Of a stretch of DNA of 62,634 bases, positions 12,508-23,483 are shown one piece after another. The stretch is from Folioceros fuciformis (Eukaryota). The notes under the pieces were generated by a model. That model saw nothing but the letters and a program-made list of their open reading frames with translations, did no database searches and had not been told where the DNA came from. Within the stretch, counting starts at the first letter, position 1, and the number at the start of each line of letters is the position of its first letter. The translations under genes and the position numbers were made by a program. The stretch covers positions 464,796 to 527,429 of the forward strand of contig JBNGIO010006249.1 of NCBI GenBank assembly GCA_049999805.1, written 5' to 3'.

Positions 12508-15304
12508 CTAGTACGGGTCCGGGGCCAGGGCCATCTGCAGCGCTTGCTTGGAACGTTCCAGGAGAGGGCCAGCGAAGACGTGGGCGCCGGCAGCGGTCGG
12601 GTGGTGCATGGCGTGCTGCACCCGTACGGCCATTTCAACCACCAGCTGTTTCCAGTGCTGGGCCTTGGCTTCGGCTCTTGCGACCTGGGAACGGGCGGAA
12701 GGATTGTCAGGTGGGATGCGGGATGCCCTGATTGCGGGCCGGGGTGTTGAGATTCTTACCTTTTGGTCCACCCCCTGGAACTTAGACTTGTCCATCCCTC
12801 CTGAGTGACACCGCCTGAGCCTGGGGTGCAGTGGCGTCGGGCTGTCTTCAGTCGGCAGGCGGAGTGCTGGGAGGTCCTCGGGTGAGGCAGCTTCTGCCTG
12901 GTCGGGTTCTGGCGGCTGCCTCTCTTGTTCTTGCTGCTCTTCATCTTCCGCGGACTGGTGGGGACACGGGACGTGCAAGAATGGCGGGAGAGATAGGGCT
13001 GACGGAGTGAGCGGAGTGAGGCCGGGTCTGATGATGAGGTTCTCAGTCATGGAAACCACGGTGTCGAATTTGGTAAAGTCCTGCAGGGCAAGCGAAGGTG
13101 GATTAGGTGTGGCAAGGCATGCTGCGACGGTGGTTGGACACGAGGAGGGTGAGGATGGAGGAGCTCACCACGCAACGACGGCCGCCGGGGAGTCGTGTCA
13201 CCATGGTCCTGCACTCAAAACGAAGGCTCATTGAGAATTGCATACAACACAGCGTACAGTGTGGAACGGAGAAGGGACGGTGTCACGTACTCGAACCGCG
13301 CCTCAAGGCAGATATCATCAGGACGGTACGAATGGCGTGCTGCACACAGGATAGACAAGGACGTGGAAGGGTGTGAGACTTACTGATTCATGCTGGCAAG
13401 GACGGATTTTGTCTGGCATGTCGTCGGACGTACCCTGAAGTTTACAAGATGTTGAGGAGTCGACGCCTTCGAGAAGGACAAGGATCTCCAAATCACACTC
13501 CTCCATGGCCTGTTCGGATCAAAAGGACAACACTCCATGATCAGATGAGGATGAGCGATTGTTGTTACGGTTCGTTGTTCGGCTGAGCAAGTCACCTGAA
13601 TAGAGAGTCCGTAGAGAGGACTAGTGGCCGTGATTGGGTGCTTCACTAGACATGGGAGTCCTAGAAAAACCTGGCTGCCTCCAATGACCTGCAAACCAGG
13701 GAACGTCAGGGCAGTACAAAGGTTCCTGCGCGGGAGGTGCGTATATTATTCTTGCTCGCCAGGTGCTCTGGACTGAAGGAAGCACTGACCGGGAGGTTGA
13801 TGAAATTGAATACACTCTCATCTTCCTGGGTAAGGGTGTTGTTAAGGGCCACCAACATCCTCACACTAGCCTGCGGAACAGCTGTCAGGACCTGAGACTT
13901 GGCGTGACCACGCCAAGCCTTTTGTGGTCTAATCACCTCAGACTACCTCAATGACTTGATGCTTCCGGATATTCGCCATTCTCAGGGACAACACAGGGAC
14001 ACCATCTTCCTGAAAGAAAAGGAGTAAGGGACATACAACCCCTACCAAGAAAGAATGCCTAGATAATCCTGAAATTGTTCTACTTCTCATGCTCACCTCG
14101 TGAAGGACCATGTATCGGCTGAAGACCAGAGTTTGTGCTCGACGAGTTGGGCGAGAAAACCTGTGTGAAGTTACGAATTAGAGACAAGCAGTACCAGAAG
14201 CAAAGGGGAGACCACGCGTGCCAGGCAAAACCACAGACCTAGCATAAAATACACCGAGCAGCGAATAAGCCATCACCAAGCTCGCAATCGACTGGATCAG
14301 AACAAGACTGTTGGTCACCATACACTTTGGATCCGGTGTTAATTCGCCGCCGTAACCTGGTGCATTCGAAATGACCATGTCAGTAGAGCTGAGAAACAGT
14401 CCTAAGGAAGAGTGCTCAAATTTCAAATGCCACACTCTAAAAGCTCACCGATTGTCATGGAAGTCTGCACGCTGTCCACAACACAAGGCAGGCGCAAAAT
14501 GTTAACCAGGGAACTCATTGGAGGGGTCTGCTTGCAGTACTAGTTTTAACGGGCTGCCCCTCTCTCACGATCTATGGTGAAGTAGTGGTCACCTGAACCA
14601 TACAGCATGGCTGAACGTTTGGACTCCCGGGATACAGAAGTTGTTGTAAGCCTGCTGAAGCAAGTGAAGCAGACACTGGAATTGGTAGCGTGTAGGACAT
14701 CAGGTTGACGGATGTGGCATACATGTTGCGCAGATAACGTCACTGTACCTCATAGTAGAAGGGGATGGCAAACAGCACGAACAGCAGGAAGTAGGAGAGG
14801 AACAGCAGCCAGAAAAACCTTATGTTGGGCATCTGCGGACACGAATGATACACCCATCCGTGTCATTGCCACGTATTCAACCACTGGTGTGAAAACATTG
14901 GCCATGACTTACGTTCACTAGCGTGTGAAAGAGATCCCCCCAGTAGAGGAATGTCTTGGGTAATCCTCGGGTCTCGACATTCAGTCCACCCCTGACAGCA
15001 AGCAGCAAAATTCATGTCATCAAGCATCCAAAAGCGAAACGACATAGGCATGCAGGGTCTATTGTTTACAAATTCTTGTCAAAGCAGTGTTCAGCTACCT
15101 GATAGATCAGAACAAAAGCATTCTACCAAATCATTCGTGACTTACACAGGCCCAACTGCGAAGAGGATTCACTTGAACGGTGAGAGCAGAACTTCAATGA
15201 CAAAAAACATCATGCACGCACCTCTTGTCCACCAGTGGCAGCTTCCTCATGCGCCTGGACTGCAAGGGGGCAGTGAATGCCGAATGCTCAGCCTGTGTTG
15301 CCAT
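12508..15304 (-). CDS. Inward-rectifier potassium channel (Kir/IRK family), 15 exons, ~469 aa
   Basis: Manually spliced exons, all GT-AG and phase-consistent: 15304-15222, 14991-14913, 14832-14749, 14651-14593, 14471-14449, 14356-14239, 14160-14097, 14009-13947, 13870-13790, 13688-13596, 13509-13434, 13339-13291, 13208-13169, 13080-12760, 12684-12508. Product: LVDKRGGLNV..WGDLFHTLVN-M1-FCIPGVQTFSHAVWFSVQTSMTIGYG..PKC-M2-FSRPTRRAQTLVFS..DGVPVLSLRMANIRKHQVIE..HPITATSPLY..LEILVLLEG..QARHSY..DFTKF. The start codon is the least certain part. Confidence 0.92.
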
Positions 15305-16526
15305 GAGGGCTGCCAGGAAAGCTTGAACAGCACCTAGGGGTCTCATCACTCAATTCCTCCCGATACCAGAACGACCAGCTTCAGCAACGCCACCAGCCGA
15401 GAGCAAGCATGCTGGGGCATTCTCAGACTCCTGGAACTCCAACACGCTCTGTCCTCCATCCCCCCAGACAACACAGCCAGGGGGACAACAAAAGCCGGAG
15501 CATACCCTCGACGCAGCTCAAAATTCCTCGGCAGCCCAACAATGTGCAACTCCCGATGCGGGTGTGCAAGGCTCGTGCACTAGTGAGCTCAGAGACGAGG
15601 ACTTGCGGAGCATCCGCAGCAGCCAGGAGCGAAGAAGGTGGGTGCGGTTGCTCCCGAATCGGCGCCGCAGCTGCAGACCAATCTCCAGCAGCAGCAGATG
15701 AACTATTGTCGGCGCGGAAAACGAAGCTGATCAAATGCCAAGGTGGACGGAGGCATGAGCTCTGAGGCTTGTCCGACTCTGGGCAGGCGGGAACGCCACC
15801 AAAGTATCTGAAGTTGCCAATTGGCGAAGCCTGCCAAACATAAAATAGCACGATTCCGACATCTCTCAGAGCAAGAGACGTTCGAGAGAACGTCACAGGG
15901 TACAAATTTGAAGATGCCGTATGTAGATTGCGTGGCCAGAACTCGAAGCACAGATTCTATTTAGAGCCGAGGAAAAGATCCCAGCACCTCAGCTGTGAGG
16001 CACTAGGTGTCTCCGTCTGTCCTCAGCCCATGTTCCTTTGTTTATGCAGCAGCCTGGATTGGCAGTGACAAGTCCAAGTAAGCTGTACAACCTTACGACA
16101 AACCCACGGCCGGATAACCGAAAGGCTCTTGCAACCCATCCCTTCAAGCTAGACTCCGAAATGACTAAGATCTTCGAGAGACTACCCTCCAAACAAGATC
16201 TGGCTGGAAGCCGAAGCACACATGAAAATCATCCTCAGATTTCCTGTCACCTCCGCACTCCTTGCACCTTCCCTTGCAATCATTTTTAGTGCATATATGC
16301 ATAAATAATACATTTATATATGTTACTATAAGCAAGTAGACGAGAGGCCAATGTCTCTCATCCTTGCCCTAGAATTGGAATATGAGAGGGCTAGTCTTCT
16401 GGCTATGGGCAGGGAACGGGGGCTTCGAATGATTTGAGCTTTTTTTATGTCTTGCTTGTTATTTCTTCTTTTCTAGTCTACCATGGAAATTGGCCACAAT
16501 CTAATTAGTAGTGTACCCTCACATGG

Positions 16527-17620
16527 GTGGATCTATTCCTAGAATCCAATGAGGAGGATAATTTCTACCTTGAAGACATAGAGGAGTATAATAATGAGAC
16601 TTGTGAGACTCCTCCTTTACCTTGGTTCTTGAAAGCAAAACTTTCATCAGGATCCATCTTCGAGAATATTTTGGAGTTGTCGCAAGTGCTCAATTTGATC
16701 ATGGAGGTTAAGAATAAAAGACCTCATCCACAACCTCCCACCATAGCTGACCTAGAAAGGATGATAACAACTATGGTGGAGCACATTGTATTAACCCCAA
16801 GGCCAAACTAAATAGCACCAACTGCTAGAAGTGAAGACTTTACCTCAAATAGCACAAGCAATGGAGGATGTCTAGACATGGAGTATTTTGGAGTTTGTTG
16901 GCATGGCTTTCTTAACTCATATAGTGTGGATCTCCAAGTACCCTGCAAGACAGATCATGGCTCATTAAGGAGTCTCACTATTCATTTGGGACACTACAAA
17001 GCAAAAGGAGATGCAGTTGAATTATGGGACTTGGTGCAAATCAAGCTGTATCTATGTGGCTTTCAATGTCAATCAAAAGTGAAGCTCAACTTCCAAGACC
17101 ATGCATCCCTCCAAAAATATCAGAGATCTTACAACTTTCTCAATGGGTGGCCATTAGAGATTGGTGGGATATTATACTATTTGTGAGGATGGAAGTTCAA
17201 GAAAAACGTAAATTTTGCCCCCAATATGAATGCAAAGACCTGCCACATGGTGTGTTTATCAAGAAGGGGAAGGGAAGTGAAAGAGCTAAATATTATGAGG
17301 CTTTTGTTCTTGACATTAGTCATGGCATAGTAGATAGGATTTGCCAAGTTGTTGAGGTGAAAGAGGAACGCCATTGTGTCAGAACCTATAAGCGCTGGAA
17401 GAAACAAGAGGAAACTGGAAAAGCATATGACCCTAAGATTATCGAATTGGGATTGTATCATATTAAGGAGCTCAATTATCCAATGATAGATTACAAACTT
17501 GAGCTTCCGAATTCACCCCATTTTCAACAAGAGTTGGCTGCACTGTACAGAAGGCTAAGGAAAGCTCATATAAAATGCGACGTAGAGCTTTTATCATCGG
17601 AAAGCATAGAGCTTGTGTAG
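16527..17620 (+). pseudogene. Degenerate intronless double AP2-domain-like sequence with an in-frame stop and a frameshift
   Basis: Repeat 1: YFGVCWH..IHLGHYKAKGDAVELWD..KLNF. Repeat 2: PHGVFIKK..YYEAFV..EETGKAYD..LGL..ELNYP..Y. ORFs 16527 and 16878 share a frame, split by TAA at 16809-16811; frameshift near 17100-17180. Lies in an AT-richer island. Confidence 0.5.
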
Positions 17621-17849
17621 AAGATTACAAAGAGCTTGTATCATGGAAAGCATATAATTGTGAGACAGTTATATTGAGATTGTATCATACTAAGGACCTC
17701 AATCATCCAATCATGCATCATATAATCGAGCTTTAGGTTTCACCTAACTTTCAACAAAAATTGATTATGTTGTTCAACAAGAGTCGGTCATGTTGCATAA
17801 GAAGGTTAAGAAGGTTGTGAATTATTGTAATAGTCTGTTGGACACAAAA

Positions 17850-18130
17850 GAGACTACCATACTTGTATATAGGGTGGGCTTCTATAACACGTTCTATAAG
17901 AATGCAATCTATTCTTCTACCTAGTTTTGATCATAGAACGCAAAGGAGACGACCATGCTTCATATTATGGGTAGGCTTGGATAACACGTTCCTAGAAAAA
18001 ATGCAATGACTTGGTTCTAAGGATGCAAATGACTTGGTTCTACCTGGTTCTAAGGAGACAACCATACTTCATAGTGTAGGCTTGGTTGACACATTCCTGT
18101 AAGCACAGGATCTATTGTTCTACCTAGTCT
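17850..18130. repeat. Degenerate ~100-bp tandem repeat, 3 copies
   Basis: Units begin ggagac(t/g/a)accat(a/g)ctt...ggctt...acac(g/a)ttc at ~17850, ~17945 and ~18053. Confidence 0.7.
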
Positions 18131-18523
18131 CACTATAGAACTAGATTGTGCAAGATCATCCACTTTGGATTCTTAACTATTTTTCCAGTTTAACTTACAC
18201 CATCAAAGAGCTCTTCGCATTGCGATCAGATGGGGACAGAAGTGTGGGGCCGCGAAAACAGTCTCCCCAGTAGACACATCTGGGCCTGCAAATGAATTGA
18301 ACACAGCACGATTACAGACTCCAAACTGAAAGATATGTCGTACAAGGGAGATGATCGAATTTCAAACTACATGGAAGCGAAGCCTGAACTCTCGAGAACC
18401 CAAGCCACGCCAGAGCTGCTGTAGGCTCGATAGCTTGGATACAAGCAGTTGCCTGGAAAGGAGGTGGCTAGAAATCACGACGACGTGCACCCACCAGGGA
18501 ATTGCAGAGTCGGTGAGGTGATC

Positions 18524-18943
18524 TCAACGCTGCCAACGAAACTGTCGCTCGGTCTCCGCTATGGCAACATCGTTGATGCTGGCCTGGCGGTGCTCCATGA
18601 GGCCGTCGTCGTCAAATTCCCACAGCTCATTGCCATAGGATCTCCACCACTGGCCCGCAGCATCGTGCCACTCGTACTGGAAGGTGACGGCTATGCGGGT
18701 GTCCGAGAAGCAGAAGAGCTGCTTCCGCAGCCGGTAGTCCAGTTCCTTGGTCCACTTCGCCCGCAGGAAGGCCCGAATCTGGTCTCGGCCTTGCAGGAAG
18801 GTTCCCCGGTTTCTCCACCGGGATCCCGGGCTGTAGGCCAGTGACACCCGGTCGGGGTCCCGGCTGTTCCACCCATCTTCGGCTGCCTGAACTTTGGCCC
18901 GCGCAGTCTCTTCTGTGAAAGGCGGTTTGATGGGCGACGCCAT
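18524..18943 (-). CDS. DUF1348 / SnoaL-like (NTF2-fold) protein, intronless, 139 aa
   Basis: [86 protein letters not shown]...GLM..RQASIND matches the bacterial/fungal DUF1348 pattern. Confidence 0.9.
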   Translation of the reverse strand: MASPIKPPFTEETARAKVQAAEDGWNSRDPDRVSLAYSPGSRWRNRGTFLQGRDQIRAFLRAKWTKELDYRLRKQLFCFSDTRIAVTFQYEWHDAAGQWWRSYGNELWEFDDDGLMEHRQASINDVAIAETERQFRWQR

Positions 18944-19135
18944 GCTCTGTGCTCTGCTCTGCACTGCTCTCCGCACTTGCACAGCACTTCAAAGCCCACA
19001 TATATGCCCTCCTGCATTTTGAACCACTGAGATACTGACACAAAGTTCTCACCGCGGTTCGTTCACACTGACAGCTTTCTGACTCGGCCAGCGATTCAAT
19101 GCAGCTGCAGCACCCGTCCTCCTGTTGGGCTGCCC

Positions 19136-22100
19136 ATGGCGGTGCGGGAGGACATGCTGAGGCCAATCCACTTTCATGGGAATCTGCCCACCGCAGTTTC
19201 TGGGTTCCTGCCGACCGCTGGAAGGAGTTACGCAGTGGGTATGGCCGGGGAGGCTGGGAGGACCGTACAGTTCCGGGTGAAAGTGGAATTGGAGTGCTCC
19301 ACTGGTGAGTTGAGTTCGAGTTGCGTCTCGAAGGATGGCCTTGTGATGGAGCATGTTGGGTGTCATAATGGTGTTTCAGAGCCATCTAATGTTTGGTTGG
19401 GGAGGCAGGAGGATCTCATGGACAGATCGAGAGGGAACGGGTGCAGCTGCTGTGGGAGGACTTCTTCTCGGATCCTTCTTTGTGGTGGGACAACAGGTTG
19501 GAGAAGGTATGTTTGTTGCAAGGCATTGACATTTCCTCTTCTGTGAAGTGGTAGAAGGTGGACAGGAAGAGGTTTAAGTGCTCAGTATGTGCAGTCTGCT
19601 CTTGTTTGCAGAGAACTTCTCTGGCTCCGGACTTTGCACATAAGAGAAAGGGAGATGTTCTGTGGGCTCGCAGCAGGTTGAATCCTCCTTGGACGGAGTC
19701 ACGGCTGGCGCTGTATGAACTACCTGCAGACGTGGTGTCGAATTCTGGGACTGATGTTCCCGCGCCCATATGGTGATTGTTGCTGTGTAAAAGATTGCAT
19801 TCGTAACGTTGCTTGCGAGCCGCTGATGTTGATGCAAGGAAAAGGTAGCCAGTGCGGATAGTTTTGGACCCCTGTGTTAACTGAATGGAGCCTCCGCAGG
19901 GCACAGGGCAGAACCTGCGAAGCTCAAATATTATGTGAGCAGGGGAGGCTGGAAGAGGCCGTGGATGCTCTGCGTCTCATGGGTCAGAAGGGCTGCCTGG
20001 CGTCGGTGCAGACCTATTTCGAGTTGTTGCAGGCGTGTCGAAAACAGAAGGCCCTGCATGAGGCTAAGAGAGTGCATGCTCACATGGTGGAGAATGGACT
20101 TGAGAGCAACACATTTCTGGGTGAAATTTCAGTGAATGTGTTTGTTAAGTGCGGGGATCTGCCAAAAGCAGTCCTGTTGTTTGACAGACTACGTCGACGG
20201 ACGGCCTTATCTTGGGCTGCACTCATTTCAGGATATACAAACGCTGGACAAGGTCAAAAGGCGGTCATGACCTACAAAGAGATGCGAAAGCAAGGCGTGG
20301 AACCAAACAAGTACACGTTCGGTGTTGTTCTCCAAGCTTGTAGCCTTCCTGTGGACCTGAAAGTGGGGAGGCAGGTTCATGCCGAGCTCGTGAGACGCAA
20401 TTGGGAGTCTGATTCTTTCCTGGGTAAGTGTCTGGTGGGCATGTATGCCAAGTGTGGGAGCATGGTGGGTGCACAGCATGTCTTTGAGACTCTATCAAAG
20501 CGTGATTTGGTGTCATGGAATGATATGATTAGGGGCTATGTGAAGGATGGGAAGGGTGAGACAGCGATTGACCTCTACTTCCAAATGCAAGAAGAAGGCA
20601 CGCACCCAGATAAATGGACCTTTGTGAACGTGCTAAAAGCTTGTATTTCTATATCAGCCAATGAAGAGGAGATGCTGATTGATGGTCAGGCTCTCAAAAT
20701 GGGTTCTTTACAACAGGGGAAGGCTTTGCATGCTGAAGTGGCCGTAAGAAATTTAGAAACTGATGTCTTTGTGACCAACTGTCTGGTTAACATGTATGCC
20801 AAGTGTGGGAGTCTTCAGAATGCCCGACAAGTATTTGACGGACTGTCGCATGGGAACGTGGTGTTGTGGAATACAATGATAGCAGGTTACTCTCAGCAAG
20901 AAAAGGGTGAGAAGGCTTTGCAACTTTATGCCCAAATGCAACGGTCTGGTTTGAGACCTGATCAGCGTACATTTGTAAGCGTCTTGAAAGCATGTGCTGT
21001 CCAGGGAGCCCTTGAAGAAGCCACTTTGATTGATGGACAGCTGTGGAAGCTGAAGTCCCTGCAACGCAGTAAAGTTGTTCATGCTGACGTTGTCAAAGCA
21101 GGCTGTGAAATGGATGTCTTCGTGGAGAACACCATCGTAGACATGTATGCAAAATGCAGGAGCATGTCGGATGCCAGGTCCGCATTTAATGCACTGTCTC
21201 ACCGCAATGTTGTATCATGGAATGCAATGATGCAAGGGTACTTGGACGAGGCGGATAGTGAGAGTGCCATGCAACTATACAGCCAAATGCAAGAAGAGGG
21301 GATCAGACCTGACCACTGGACATTTGTGTGTGTGCTGAGGGCATGCAGTGACTTGGCTGTGGAGGAAAAGGATACTGTTGTCACTGGAGTACCAGTCAAA
21401 GAGAAGTCCTTGCGACAGGCGAGGAAGATTCATGCTCGACTAGTTAGTTCGGGTCTTGACTCAGATCTATATGTTGGCAATACGTTAATGGATTTGTACG
21501 CTAAGTGTCGGAGCCCTGTGGATGCTCGGACTGTTTTTGACACATTGTCCCAGAGGAACGTGGTGTCTTGGAACGTTATCATTGCATGCTATGCTCAGGA
21601 AGGAAATGGACATGAAGCACTTCAGCTTTATGCTGACATGCAAGGTTGTGGATTCAGTCCCAATGACCGCACATTTGTGAGTGTCCTTATGGCCTGCGGG
21701 ATCCTGGCAACAAAGGAGGCAGAGACGGTTGTTGATGGCCAGCAAGTTAAAGTTCAATCTCTACAGAAAGGCATCATGTTGCATGCCGAAGTCGTTAGAA
21801 GAAGCTATATGTCGGATATCTATGTGGGGAACGCTATGGTGGACATGTATGCAAAGTGTGGATCCATCGTAGATGCACGGCAGGTGTTCGACTCTTTGCC
21901 CCAACGAACTGTGGTGTCCTGGAATGCTATGATTGCAGGTTATGCTCAACAGGAAGAGGGTGAGAACGCTTTGCAGGTGTATGAGCAGATGCGGGCTGTT
22001 GGTGAGATGCCAGATGACCGAACTTTTGTCAGTTTGCTAAAGGCCGTGAGCAGCCTGGCATGTAAGGAGGTGGAAACTATCACAGATGGTGCGGCAGTCA

Positions 22101-23257
22101 AAGTGAAGTCACTAGAGAAGGGTGAGGCTCTGCACGCTGAGGCTATTAGGATGGGTTTTGAGTCTGACTTGTACGTCAAGAACACATTAGTTCGGATGTA
22201 TGCGAACTGTGGGAGCCTTGCCAAAGCGCAACAAGTGTTTCACTCTTTATCCCAACCAGATGCGGTGTCGTGGAATGCCCTCATTGCTGGATACAGTCAG
22301 CAGGGTCGGGCTAACCGTGCTCTGCAATTGTATGGTGATATGCCACATGGTGATGTGCAACCCACCGAAGCAACGTTCCTGAGTGTACTCAGAGCGTGCA
22401 GCATTGTAGGGTCCCTGAGGTGGTGCAAACAAATCCAATCGGACATTGTACAGTGCGAAACAGAGTTAAGTATCCGTGTGTCAAACACGCTGATCCATGC
22501 TTTTGGTCGATGTGGGAGCATGAAAGATGCACAAGATGTGTTTAACACCATGCCGCATCAGCACACTGTGGCGTCCTGGAACGTACTGATTGCAGGATAT
22601 GCCAAACAAGGCGATTCTGCAACAAGCCTGCAGTGCTTTGAGAATATGCAATTGTCAGGTTTGAAGCCAGATTCTGTCACCTTCGTTTCGCTTCTTGCAG
22701 CATGCAGTCATGGAGGAATGACAGACAAGGGCCTGGAATTCTTCAATTCCATGAGCGAGGTGTTTGGTATCACAGCAACAAGCGCTCACTATGTCAGCAT
22801 TGTAGATCTCCTCAGCCGTGCAGGGCTTTTTAGCAAGGCAGAGCAGTTGCTCTTGGCCATGCCAGTCCAGCCTGATCTGGCAGTCTGGTTGTCGCTCCTC
22901 AGTGGTTGCAGGAAGTACGTCAACATAGAGCTTGGACGACGTGCCTTTGAGCATGCCGTCAGGTTGGATCCCAAGCAAGGTGGCCCCTACATGCTCATGG
23001 CTAACCTCTACGCCCATGCCCAAATCTGGCAGCAGGCCAAAGAGATAGAAGGATTGAGAGTCCGTGCGGATGCTCCGAAGAAGCACGGGGAGAGCTGGAT
23101 GGAGGTCGGTGACGATGTGCATCAGTTTGCAGTGGGAGACACCACCCACCCACAAACTCACCATATCTACCAAAAACTCGATGAACTGAGTGCGTACGTG
23201 CAGAATGGGCATCTCGCTCCCTCCCAATGCGAAAGGGAAAGTCTGGCAACGTTGTGA
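19136..23257 (+). CDS. PLS-class PPR protein (E/E+, no DYW) with LL-type motifs and an N-terminal OSB-like PDF motif; 4 exons, ~1261 aa
   Basis: Exons 19136-19304, 19409-19506, 19612-19772 and 19900-23257 join in frame through GT-AG introns. Exon 4 is a long P-L-S array (MYAKCG/VVSWN repeats) ending in E1/E2 and a PG-box-like KKHGESWMEV..HQFAVGDTTHP. Exons 2-3 encode LWEDFFSDPSLWWDNRLEKRTSLAPDFAHKRKGDVLW..NPPW. Confidence 0.88.
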
Positions 23258-23483
23258 CCCATGCAGGAATTCCAGGGTCGTGTATGTACAAAATCCTCTC
23301 TTTTTGTCCATTATTCTCGCAGAAATGAACCGAGCACCCACCGTGTTCCGCCCACCTTCCTTTTGGCAATGATTTGCGATGTGGACGATCGCAGAAATGG
23401 CACTTGGATATCTATCTGGCTGCAGTAGGAAAGACTGCTGAGATTATGGTTCTGCAGACGGAGTATCTGATGTGCAACACCAG

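Noticed and set aside
11817-12638. 273-aa ORF suggesting a Kir-ACS fusion or a long ACS N-terminal extension
   Set aside because: It starts at a non-ATG codon in a different frame from the Kir exon; the first in-frame ATG (12242) gives a normal transit-peptide-like start
15146-15155. 10-nt candidate micro-exon (cag|TTGGGCCTGT|gtaagt) in Kir intron 1
   Set aside because: Exons 1 and 2 already join in frame to give the conserved LVDKRGGLNV and inclusion would frameshift; at most a poison exon, with no evidence
23258-23470. Cryptic DYW deaminase domain after the PPR stop
   Set aside because: No HxE(x)nCxxC or DYW-like terminus seen before the DnaJ gene
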